NCBI GenBank assembly: GCA_964611625.1 | Contig: CAZTAM010000008.1 | Span: forward strand, 45,387 to 109,386 | DNA length: 64,000 nucleotides | Origin: an uncultured Nitrospiraceae bacterium | GTDB lineage: Bacteria; Nitrospirota; 9FT-COMBO-42-15; HDB-SIOI813 | Direction of reading: 5' to 3' | In this document: positions 59,401-64,000 of the stretch, one piece after another | Layout: each line of letters begins with the position of its first letter | How positions within the stretch are numbered: position 1 is the first letter of the stretch | The notes under the pieces: generated by a model | What the model was told of the DNA's origin: nothing | Databases searched by the model: none | What the model saw: only the letters and a program-made list of their open reading frames with translations | Position numbers and translations under genes: made by a program

Positions 59401-62400
59401 CCGTGCTGTAAAACCATAGTTTCCCGAAGCAGAAGGTATGCCGCTGATCTCACCTGTTGCGCTGTTTAAACTAAGACCTGATGGCAGGCTCCCTGAGGCA
59501 AGGCTCCATACATATGGGGTCTTCCCTCCTGCAGCCGCCAAGGTCTGTAAATAAGATGCGCTTACCGTTCCCTCAGCAAGTGACGCGGTCGTTACAGATA
59601 GTGTGTCATATATTGTTATCGAAAGCACTCTGGCGGCAGTCGCACTATTGGCATCCTGCACCTGCACTGTAAAGTTACTGGTACCTGCAGTGGTTGGCGT
59701 ACCTGAGAGTGCCCCTGTAGCAGCATTTAGTGTCAGACCGGCTGGAAGTACCCCAACTGATACACTCCATGTATAAGGCGTCTTGCCTCCGGAGGCTGTC
59801 AGCGTCTGGTTGTAGGAAGACCCTATGTTACCATCCAGAAGGGAAGAGGTAGTAACGCTAAGGCCGCTATATATTATTATTGACAATGCCCTGGATGCCG
59901 CAGCGCCGTTGGCATCTGTTGCCCTTACTGTAAAGTTTGAGGTGCCTCCCGCTGTCGGCGTACCGCTTATCTCTCCGGTAGCACTGTTAAGACTGAGCCC
60001 TGCCGGCAGTGTACCTACTGTTACAGCCCATGTAACAGGCGACTTGCCTCCGCTGCTTGCAAGCGTCTGACTGTAGGCAAGACTAACCGTACCATCGGAT
60101 AATGCCGTAGTTGTCACTGACAGCGCAGGATATATCGTTATGGATAATGCGCTCTCCACGTACGCACCATTAGCGTCTGTAGCCCGTAACGTAATATTCT
60201 CCGTGCCGGATGCCGTCGGCGTACCACTTATTGCTCCTGTCCCGCTGTTAAGACTTAGCCCTGCCGGCAGCACGCCCACAGTGATTGACCAGGCAACAGG
60301 CAGCCTTCCCCCGGTAGATGTCAGCGTCTGGCTGTAGGCAAGGTTCACCGTACCATCGGAAAGCGATGCAGTCGTAATCACAGGATATGCATTAACTGTT
60401 ATAGACAGCGCCTTCGTCGCTGTAGCGCTGTTGTCATCCGTTACCTGTACCGTAATATTTGATACACCGGCTGTCGTCGGCGTCCCGCTTATTTCACCAG
60501 TAGCACCGTTAAGCGTAACCCCTGCAGGCAGGCTCCCCACTGTTACAGCCCACGTATACGGCGTCTTGCCGCCGGCAGCTGTCAGCGTCTGGCTGTAGGC
60601 AGTTGACTCCGTCGCCTGCGGCAGTGATGCCGTAGTCACTGCAAGCCCGGAGAAAATAGTAATAGTTAACGCCTGGCTTGATATTGCCCCATTCGCATCC
60701 GTCGCACGTACCGTAAAGTTCGATGTACCGCCTGTAGTGGGCGTCCCGCTTATCACACCGGTCCCACTGGTTAATGTCACACCTAAAGGAAGGCTCCCGG
60801 CAACAACCGACCAGGTAACAGGCGCCTTACCGCCTGTGGATGTAAGCGTCTGACTGTATGCAAGACTCACAGTACCATCAGACAACGCCGTCGTCGTCAC
60901 TGAAAGCGCCGCATATACCGTAACAGACAGCGCACTCTCTGAGTATGCGCCATTCGCATCCGTCACACGCGCAGTAAAGTTCGATGTGCCGGCTGCAGTA
61001 GGCGTCCCGCTTATGACCCCGGTGGCTGTGTTAAGATTCAGACCGGCAGGAAGACTGCCCGTAGATATAGACCAGCTATATGGCGTCTTGCCGCCTGTTG
61101 CTGACAGCGACTGGTTATATGAAAGATTAACTGTACCATCTGACAGAGACGATGTCGTAAGCAAGAGTGCACTGTATATCTGGATAGAGAGCGCCTTTGT
61201 GGCCGATGCACCATTAGCATCCGTAACCTGTACTGTAAAGTTGCTTGTCCCGGCTGTCGTCGGTGTACCGCTGATTGCTCCTGTGGATGCATTAAGGGTA
61301 AGCCCGGCGGGAAGTGTGCCAACTGTTACAGCCCATGTATAGGGCGTCTTGCCGCCGGAGGCTAAAAGCGTCTGGCTATATGAAGAACTGGCTGTACCAT
61401 CTGACAGCGCCGCTGTACTTACACTGACTGATCCGTATATAGTAATTGATAATGCCTTGTCCTTTATAAAACCATTAACATCCGTAACACGCACCGTTAT
61501 GTTGCTCGTACCGGCTGTGGTAGGCAAACCGCTTATCTCTCCGGTACCACCATTAAGGCTGAGGCCGGATGGAAGCACACCTACCACCACAGACCAGCCA
61601 AGAGGGGATTTACCACCGGTCGCAGCAAGCGTCTGGCTGTAGGCAAGATCAATTGTACCGTCTGACAGAGCTGTCGTCGTTATGGTCAGAGTATCGTATA
61701 CCGTAACAGACAGCGCCTGACTTGCTGTCGCTCCATTCGCATCCTGTACCTGCACCGTAAAGTTGCTCACCCCGGCAGCAGCAGGCGTACCGCTGACTAC
61801 ACCGGATGAGCTGTTAAGACTTGTGCCGGATGGAAGCCCCCCTGCTGTCACACTCCAGCTATATGGCGTCTTGCCGCCGCTTGCCGACAAAACCTGACTG
61901 TAGGAGGAACCAGCCATACCGTCAGGCAGTGATGTGGTGTTAATAGAAATTGCTGAGTATATGATGATTGACAGCGCCTTCGTCGCCACTGCCCCATTCG
62001 CATCCATTACCTGTACTGTAAAGTTTGATGTGCCGGCTGTATCAGGAGTCCCGCTGATTGCACCACTGCCGCTGTTTAAACTTAACCCTGACGGCAGTGT
62101 GCCTGCTATGACCGACCACACATATGGCGTCTTGCCGCCGCTTGCCGTCAGACCCTGGCTGTAGGCAAGGCTTACCGTGCCGTCTGTAAGTGATGTGGTA
62201 GTAACTGATACCACTGTATATACGATTATAGACAGCGCCTGGCTCGATACTGCCCCGTTCGCATCTGTCACCCTGACGGTAAAGTTACTCGTACCGGATA
62301 CAGAAGGTGTCCCTGAGATAACTCCGGTAACACCGTTTAACACCAGGCCGGTCGGAAGGCTGCCAGCTGTAACAGCCCATGTATATGGCGTCTTGCCGCC

Positions 62401-64000
62401 TGCTGCCGAAAGCGCCTGGCTGTACGCTGCATTCACTGTACCGTCAGCAAGCACAGCCGTAGAAACACTCACTGCACTGTAGACCGTAATGCTCAACGCC
62501 TTCGTCTGCGTAGAAAGATTGTTGTCAGTTACCTGAACCGTAAAGTTGCTCGTACCGGCTGTAGCAGGAGTACCACTGATTGCCCCGGTAGAACTGTTTA
62601 TGCTGAGACCAGGAGGCAGGCTGCCAACCGTAACAGCCCATGTATACGGCGGCTGACCACCGGACGCCGACAACATCTGGCTGTAGGCGGCAGTAACTGT
62701 ACCATCTGAAAGCGCTGCCGTTGTAATCGTCAGTCCTGAGTAAATCGTCACAGACAGCGCCTGGCTTGCTGTACGAGCGCCACTGTCACTCACCTGCACT
62801 GTAAAGTTCCAGGTACCAGTGCCAGAAGGCGTTCCGCTTATCTCACCGGTAGAACCATTCAGACTCAGTCCCGTCGGAAGGGTGCCGGAGATCACACTCC
62901 ATGTATATGGCGTCTTACCGCCGGCGGCGGCCAGCGTCTGGCTGTACGAAAGACTGATAGTACCGGCTGAAAGAGCAGAGGTCGTTACACTAAGAGGATT
63001 ATATATATCTATCGCCAATGCCTGATCAGACGTCGCTCCATTCGAATCCGTCACACGCACCGTAAAGTTGCTCGTACCGGACACTGAAGGCGTGCCGCTT
63101 ATAACACCCGTACCACTATTAAGACTCAAACCGGTTGGAAGAGTTCCGGCAGGAAGACTCCAGCTATATGGCGTCTTGCCGCCTGCTGCTACAAGTGTCT
63201 GGCTGTAGGATACACCTACCGTGCCGTCAGACAATGCGGCAGTCGTCACTGACACAGCTCCGTAGATTACTATGGCAAGGGCCTTAGTCGCTGTCGCACC
63301 ATTAGCATCCTGTGCCTGTACCGTAAAATTAGATGTACCCGAGGCAGAAGCTGTACCGCTTATCGCTCCACTGCCGCTGTTTAAACTCAATCCTGCAGGC
63401 AACGACCCCACTGTCACTGACCACGCAACAGGACTCTTGCCGCCAGATGATACAAGTGTCTGATTGTACGCTAAACCAACAGTGCCATCAGATAATGACG
63501 ACGTAGTTACTGTCAATGCACTGTAAATCGTTATAGACAGAGCCTTTGTTGCTATTGCGCCATTGGAATCCTGCGCCTGAACCGTGAAATTAGATGTGCC
63601 GGATGCAGCAGGGGTACCACTGACTGCTCCGGTTGCGCTGTTTAGACTCAGACCAGATGGGATAGAGCCGGATATTATACTCCATAAATACGGCGTCTTA
63701 CCACCAGAAGCAGCCAGCGTCTGGCTGTATCCGGCATTGGCAGTTCCATCTGCAAGACTGTCCGTTGCTACACTAATAGCACTGTAAATGGTAATTGAAA
63801 GATTCTTCGTGTTCGTTACAAGATTATTGTCTGTCACCTGAACGGTGACAGGATAACTCCCTGCGGTTGTTGGTGTCCCGCTGATCGTTCCTGTAGAGGA
63901 ATTGAGTGATAACCCGGCCGGTAGTGTGCCCAGGGTAATACTCCAGGCATAGGGTGTTGAGCCTCCTGTAGCCGATAGTGTCGTATTGTATGCCAGGTTC
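47410..64000 (-). CDS. Giant multi-domain surface protein/adhesin, 5' end outside the window (more than 5,530 codons visible)
   Basis: A single open frame runs from the right edge to TAA at 47410-47412. The ATG at 63837 used by the ORF track is internal, because the same frame stays open to base 64000 and still encodes He_PIG repeat sequence. Domain order is He_PIG x about 41, Big_1-like arrays, ZU5-like modules, two Cys-containing modules and two FN3-like modules. Confidence 0.9.
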   Translation of the reverse strand, partial: NLAYNTTLSATGGSTPYAWSITLGTLPAGLSLNSSTGTISGTPTTAGSYPVTVQVTDNNLVTNTKNLSITIYSAISVATDSLADGTANAGYSQTLAASGGKTPYLWSIISGSIPSGLSLNSATGAVSGTPAASGTSNFTVQAQDSNGAIATKALSITIYSALTVTTSSLSDGTVGLAYNQTLVSSGGKSPVAWSVTVGSLPAGLSLNSGSGAISGTASASGTSNFTVQAQDANGATATKALAIVIYGAVSVTTAALSDGTVGVSYSQTLVAAGGKTPYSWSLPAGTLPTGLSLNSGTGVISGTPSVSGTSNFTVRVTDSNGATSDQALAIDIYNPLSVTTSALSAGTISLSYSQTLAAAGGKTPYTWSVISGTLPTGLSLNGSTGEISGTPSGTGTWNFTVQVSDSGARTASQALSVTIYSGLTITTAALSDGTVTAAYSQMLSASGGQPPYTWAVTVGSLPPGLSINSSTGAISGTPATAGTSNFTVQVTDNNLSTQTKALSITVYSAVSVSTAVLADGTVNAAYSQALSAAGGKTPYTWAVTAGSLPTGLVLNGVTGVISGTPSVSGTSNFTVRVTDANGAVSSQALSIIVYTVVSVTTTSLTDGTVSLAYSQGLTASGGKTPYVWSVIAGTLPSGLSLNSGSGAISGTPDTAGTSNFTVQVMDANGAVATKALSIIIYSAISINTTSLPDGMAGSSYSQVLSASGGKTPYSWSVTAGGLPSGTSLNSSSGVVSGTPAAAGVSNFTVQVQDANGATASQALSVTVYDTLTITTTALSDGTIDLAYSQTLAATGGKSPLGWSVVVGVLPSGLSLNGGTGEISGLPTTAGTSNITVRVTDVNGFIKDKALSITIYGSVSVSTAALSDGTASSSYSQTLLASGGKTPYTWAVTVGTLPAGLTLNASTGAISGTPTTAGTSNFTVQVTDANGASATKALSIQIYSALLLTTSSLSDGTVNLSYNQSLSATGGKTPYSWSISTGSLPAGLNLNTATGVISGTPTAAGTSNFTARVTDANGAYSESALSVTVYAALSVTTTALSDGTVSLAYSQTLTSTGGKAPVTWSVVAGSLPLGVTLTSGTGVISGTPTTGGTSNFTVRATDANGAISSQALTITIFSGLAVTTASLPQATESTAYSQTLTAAGGKTPYTWAVTVGSLPAGVTLNGATGEISGTPTTAGVSNITVQVTDDNSATATKALSITVNAYPVITTASLSDGTVNLAYSQTLTSTGGRLPVAWSITVGVLPAGLSLNSGTGAISGTPTASGTENITLRATDANGAYVESALSITIYPALSVTTTALSDGTVSLAYSQTLASSGGKSPVTWAVTVGTLPAGLSLNSATGEISGTPTAGGTSNFTVRATDANGAAASRALSIIIYSGLSVTTSSLLDGNIGSSYNQTLTASGGKTPYTWSVSVGVLPAGLTLNAATGALSGTPTTAGTSNFTVQVQDANSATAARVLSITIYDTLSVTTASLAEGTVSASYLQTLAAAGGKTPYVWSLASGSLPSGLSLNSATGEISGIPSASGNYGFTARVTDNNGFTNNKSLSITIYSAVAITTAALPDGTVSGAYAASLAAAGGKTPYIWSVTAGSLPAGLTLNGATGAISGAPTLSGLATFTVQVQDVYGGVATRGLSIQVYGGLSVTTASLPDGTVNAGYSSPIAAAGGNIPYSWSVITGSVPAGLSLNSTTGVISGVPSAAGTYNFTVQVTDANSATASQALSITVYSALTVTTSSLSDGTVGLAYNQTLVSSGGKSPVAWSVTVGSLPAGLSLNSGSGAISGTASASGTSNFTVQAQDANGATATKALAIVIYGAVSVTTAALSDGTVGVSYSQTLVAAGGKTPYSWSLPAGTLPTGLSLNSGTGVISGTPSVSGTSNFTVRVTDSNGATSDQALAIDIYNPLSVTTSALSAGTISLSYSQTLAAAGGKTPYTWSVISGTLPTGLSLNGSTGEISGTPSGTGTWNFTVQVSDSGARTASQALSVTIYSGLTITTAALSDGTVTAAYSQMLSASGGQPPYTWAVTVGSLPPGLSINSSTGAISGTPATAGTSNFTVQVTDNNLSTQTKALSITVYSAVSVSTAVLADGTVNAAYSQALSAAGGKTPYTWAVTAGSLPTGLVLNGVTGVISGTPSVSGTSNFTVRVTDANGAVSSQALSIIVYTVVSVTTTSLTDGTVSLAYSQGLTASGGKTPYVWSVIAGTLPSGLSLNSGSGAISGTPDTAGTSNFTVQVMDANGAVATKALSIIIYSAISINTTSLPDGMAGSSYSQVLSASGGKTPYSWSVTAGGLPSGTSLNSSSGVVSGTPAAAGVSNFTVQVQDANGATASQALSVTVYDTLTITTTALSDGTIDLAYSQTLAATGGKSPLGWSVVVGVLPSGLSLNGGTGEISGLPTTAGTSNITVRVTDVNGFIKDKALSITIYGSVSVSTAALSDGTASSSYSQTLLASGGKTPYTWAVTVGTLPAGLTLNASTGAISGTPTTAGTSNFTVQVTDANGASATKALSIQIYSALLLTTSSLSDGTVNLSYNQSLSATGGKTPYSWSISTGSLPAGLNLNTATGVISGTPTAAGTSNFTARVTDANGAYSESALSVTVYAALSVTTTALSDGTVSLAYSQTLTSTGGKAPVTWSVVAGSLPLGVTLTSGTGVISGTPTTGGTSNFTVRATDANGAISSQALTITIFSGLAVTTASLPQATESTAYSQTLTAAGGKTPYTWAVTVGSLPAGVTLNGATGEISGTPTTAGVSNITVQVTDDNSATATKALSITVNAYPVITTASLSDGTVNLAYSQTLTSTGGRLPVAWSITVGVLPAGLSLNSGTGAISGTPTASGTENITLRATDANGAYVESALSITIYPALSVTTTALSDGTVSLAYSQTLASSGGKSPVTWAVTVGTLPAGLSLNSATGEISGTPTAGGTSNFTVRATDANGAAASRALSIIVFPALSVTTASLTDGTVNLIYTQSVSVIGGKTPYTWTVQAGTLPAGVSLNNSSGSITGTPTSAGTANFTIRVTDSNGATADQALTITVYPVLAITTSALSDGTVNLAYSQTVAASGGKTPLTWALTAGVLPAGLSLNASTGEISGTTTTAGTSNFTIQATDANGAVSTRALSIAVFSGLSVSTASLSDGTVNWSYSQTLTAGGGKTPYSWSILSGTLPTGLSLTGGTGVIGGTPASAGTSNFTVQVTDDNGATATRSLSITVYTALSLTTTSVNDSTVSAAYNQSLIATGGKSPYVWSLSAGSLPPGLALNTSTGLISGTPTTENTYNFTAQVQDANGATDTKPLTIVVYPSISVTTASLADGTVNFAYNQTLTVAGGKLPYAWSVIIGSLPAGLSLNGSTGVISGTATAAGTSNFTLQVVDANGAIASRSLSINVYSSLAIITSSLPAGTRTAPYSQTPAASGGKPPLTWSIAAGVLPAGVTLNSATAEISGTPSAVETAGFTLQAIDANGAAATKALSIQVNDVPAITTASLNSGIAGVSYSQALSFTGATVPVVWSLTSGSLPAGLMLNSSSGVISGTPAIRGTSNFTVQIADAYNITASRAFSITVSAATPSKANIAASKTTIISNGTDSSVLTVTVYDSYDNLVEDGTTVTVAATNGTVTGTTTTVNGVVSRTITSTTSGTATLGVESPTGTTLTNLTGNTNLSFMADVPSQASIAASKTSVVADGVDQTVLTITVRDAQGNLITNGTSVTLTTSLGTVTGSGNTVNGVVTRYLSGLTAGTAVLGVESPSGTTLAAVTGDTGISLLPGVPAKAVISASKTAVVANGLDSSILTITVFDANNNLVANGTTVAVTTTVGTVTGTGTTVNGVVTRTLTSTVSGTGVLGVQAPAGTTLSNVTGNLTIVFNPGVPSDANISASKTTIIANSTDSSVLTVTIRDSSGNLVPDGTTVRVVSSLGTITGSGTTVSGVITRTLTGTVSGTANLSVESPTGTVLSVITGNSNIVLQPGPAAGTISLTPVPGSIIANGISTSIITSGVIADAYGNAVSDGTLVTVSTNFGTITNSDASGADAGIQVVTASGVVNFTVQSAVTSGTADVTAQSVLGNAAGTTQIVFLAGTPSAANSTITASSPVYSDGISASTVTITVRDSNMNLVSGATVSLTSSRGISDIISQPVGVTNANGQIIGTVASLATGDAIISATVNGTVTVVQTAGINFYNTQTGSNITVSPSGNTSLTFDMVITIGITSSVQVGSGTPLPAGYVSPVYFNIGTTSAFSGNVTVCITYNEATYASREGLVKILHNEGGVLVDRTTSVNTATNTVCGIVTSFSEFATGATSATNLQITTSPQNVVAGYVSGAVQVEAKDDFGVTDTGYSGTVNITSNSASLYLDTNSGGTFSLTAIPVNMVNGIGTFFFKDTAIGTPTINIADAAALLLPAGQQETILSDVPSGTISLSPVPAGIAANGIATSTVTSGIITDVHGNSVADGTLITVSASNGSITTADASGAIAGIQVSALNGVISFIVQSSTVAGTSNISALSVQGSAAGSTQITFLPGLPAGTISLTPLPASMVADGLTTSIVTSGVIVDAYGNTVQDGTLITVATDLGTITTTDASGAYAGIQVPTVNGVISFIVQSGTVAGTAVITGQSVSGTAAGTSQITLLPGNPSGAVVLTPSPASIVADGLSLSTVTSGIITDANGNTVLDGTLITVATDRGTITTADASGVYAGVQVATVNGVISFVVRSVTVSGSAVITAFSVQGSASGSTQIDFVSGEPYGTISLTPVPASIPADGLSQSTITSGVIRDVYNNTVSNGTLITVSTSMGTITTSDADAVTPGIQVSVSGGIITFVMRSATTAGSATVTANSVQGSATGQASISMTNVPPELNYPTETGYGSGDGVEPNIGISSATYRYKIVYRDINNNPPTYVRVCIDLTPCTAMSLDTSAVNSTLRDGIYSNGEQYTFAINTLNPGNHVYYFETMDGLAYTKTPLSGSLNGPRVNYKPTLSFSAEAGYVTDGVDPDNGNTNVIFRFKTVYTDLDNQAPSSIRLCLDGTCNSMAVDASAAASLRDGNYANGEQYIYSNTLTDGTHNYYFDASDGLESALLPQSGNLSGPVVTNTYTPVGLNVVVKPDVNVTITFDQVTATGDTYVTNSQTGSTLPSGFLHGSPPAYFDIWTTATYTGKVRMCFTYADQRYFGVGYGGERGLRWLHVEGGIFRDRTVVLDVNNNFVCGDVYSFSEFSAAVEEATLVTLTSFKAVGIADKILLTWSTAAEVDSMGFNILRGPTMSGPFTRINSWLIRSKGSPTSGKTYNFEDTDVENGVTYYYKLENVDINGSISTHMIASATPSNQVTDSTALPSSAEAGDVPLIVSPSMAINEADQQVSSPAEDAINEGNIITDEVGKEVTGYELTDRGSESTYAAKGKVSAEPVKEEYPSPGEFEIKIEDDNGNELGVRQVKDGDKVTEPFEVTIDEDGKAVLTWVSVGKISRFNVQRWDNKDKKGEIVNTIPIPYFSSQAGERGLLYTFRDAGVRNNRVYKYRIEAVSNDGSVKESEPVEISTEKQKIQVPGKSSRPENRLSPGKR
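48430..48810 (-). other. ZU5-like beta-sandwich module 2 of the giant protein, ending VYSFSEF (S-F-S = 48448-48456)
   Basis: Paralog of module 1 (see that entry). Confidence 0.4.
48815..49515 (-). repeat. Two copies of an unrecognised module of about 113 aa with paired Cys residues
   Basis: Y(R/F)(Y/F)K.VY.D.(N/D)N..P..(V/I)R.C.D...C..M..D.S....LRDG.Y.NGEQY.......G.H.YYF...DGL.....P.SG.L.GP.V. Confidence 0.6.
49517..50825 (-). repeat. Four tandem 109-aa (327-bp) Ig-like repeats
   Basis: GTISL(S/T)P.PA...ADG...S.VTSG.I.D..GN.V.DGTLITV....G.ITT.DASG...G.QV...NGVISF.V.S.TV.G...I...SV.G.A.G..QI. Diverged at nucleotide level. Confidence 0.75.
51165..51510 (-). other. ZU5-like beta-sandwich module 1 of the giant protein, ending VTSFSEF (S-F-S = 51175-51183)
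   Basis: Shares the pattern LP.G(Y/F)......YF.I.TT..(F/Y).G.V..C..Y.......E.L..LH.EGG...DRT......N.VCG.V.SFSEF with module 2. Confidence 0.4.
51510..53340 (-). repeat. Block of about 6 Big_1-like (invasin/intimin-type) Ig domains, about 97-109 aa each
   Basis: Repeats of I.ASKT.(V/I).A(N/D)G.D.S.LT(V/I)TV.D..GNLV.(D/N)GT.V.....G(T/S).TG.G.TV.GV.TR.L....G. Confidence 0.7.
55178..58847 (-). repeat. Copy A of a 3.65-kb (14-domain) apparently exact intragenic repeat
   Basis: Offset of 4698 bp to copy B. The left boundary was read base by base. One mismatch at 58830, after which identity continues to 58847. Confidence 0.85.
59876..63545 (-). repeat. Copy B of the 3.65-kb intragenic repeat
   Basis: The main-frame translation is identical over about 1,217 aa. 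Seven antisense ORF pairs are identical at a +4698 offset. Several 60-nt lines were checked base by base. Confidence 0.85.

Larger units (their letters stand above)
53345..64000 (-). repeat. Array of about 41 He_PIG / cadherin-like 'putative Ig' domains, 87 aa (261 bp) period
   Basis: Recurrent Y.Q.L.A.GGK.PY.WS...G.LP.GLSLN..TG.ISGTP...GT.NFTV.V.D.NG. Confidence 0.85.

Noticed and set aside
47723-63787. Dozens of plus-strand ORFs of 60-176 aa antisense to the giant gene, many occurring as identical pairs.
   Set aside because: They lie entirely inside one uninterrupted minus-strand frame with clear domain homology. Their translations are low-complexity (P/V/A/L/T-rich) mirror images of the Gly/Thr/Ser/Ala-rich repeats. 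The identical pairs simply reflect the 4698-bp-offset duplication.
63835-63837. ATG used by the ORF track as the start of the giant gene.
   Set aside because: The same frame remains open to base 64000 and still encodes He_PIG repeat sequence (...TPYAWSITLGTLPAGLSLNSSTGTISGTPTTAGSYPVTVQVTDNN...), so the real start is outside the window.
53345-64000. Strong 261-bp periodicity that could suggest a CRISPR-like or satellite array.
   Set aside because: The period equals one 87-aa He_PIG domain in a continuous reading frame. There are no short invariant repeats alternating with unique spacers.
47410-64000. Visibly higher G+C content of the giant gene as a sign of horizontal transfer or a genomic island.
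   Set aside because: The shift is explained by the Gly/Ala/Thr/Ser/Pro-rich repeat composition. No integrase, tRNA, direct repeats or IS elements flank it within the window, and the upstream boundary is not visible.

Overview
A 64-kb chromosomal window from a diderm bacterium, as shown by Lnt, lipoproteins, a TonB-dependent receptor, SecDF-YajC, a PEP-CTERM protein and heavy sigma54 use. A Nitrospirota- or Desulfobacterota-like lineage is only a guess. All domain calls rest on motif recognition by eye, since no searches were run.

Gene content, left to right:
- a truncated SagB-type nitroreductase gene and ampG
- a caa3-type cytochrome c oxidase cluster in the unusual order SCO-I-III-IV-II, with a DUF1460 amidase-like gene translationally coupled to its end
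- a tightly coupled operon of sigma54 response regulator, PF04392 periplasmic binding protein and histidine kinase
- a soluble PAS kinase, nagZ, a permease and der
- an HD-GYP/PilZ c-di-GMP pair and a PEP-CTERM protein
- pdxJ and mgsA
- a paralogous binding protein plus TonB-dependent receptor operon
- a ZU5-like/FN3/RCC1 lipoprotein
- a housekeeping block on the minus strand: rel, recJ, secDF, yajC, tgt, argS
- lnt, a Cache kinase with a REC-only regulator, then ahcY-metK

The last 19 kb hold a C25 (gingipain/PorU-fold) lipoprotein peptidase. It lies directly downstream of a giant surface protein gene of more than 5,500 codons whose 5' end is outside the window. That protein carries about 41 He_PIG Ig-like repeats, Big_1-like arrays, ZU5-like modules and FN3-like C-terminal modules.

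Most notable observations:
1. The giant adhesin plus C25 peptidase module.
2. An apparently base-perfect 3.65-kb (14-domain) block present twice inside the giant gene, separated by 4 diverged domains.
3. ZU5-like modules ending in [S/H]-F-S motifs in two genes.
4. Three good sigma54 promoters in a window that also encodes a sigma54 activator.
5. An orphan promoter, structured region and terminator unit that looks like an unannotated sRNA.

I recognised no rRNA, tRNA, CRISPR array, IS element or prophage.
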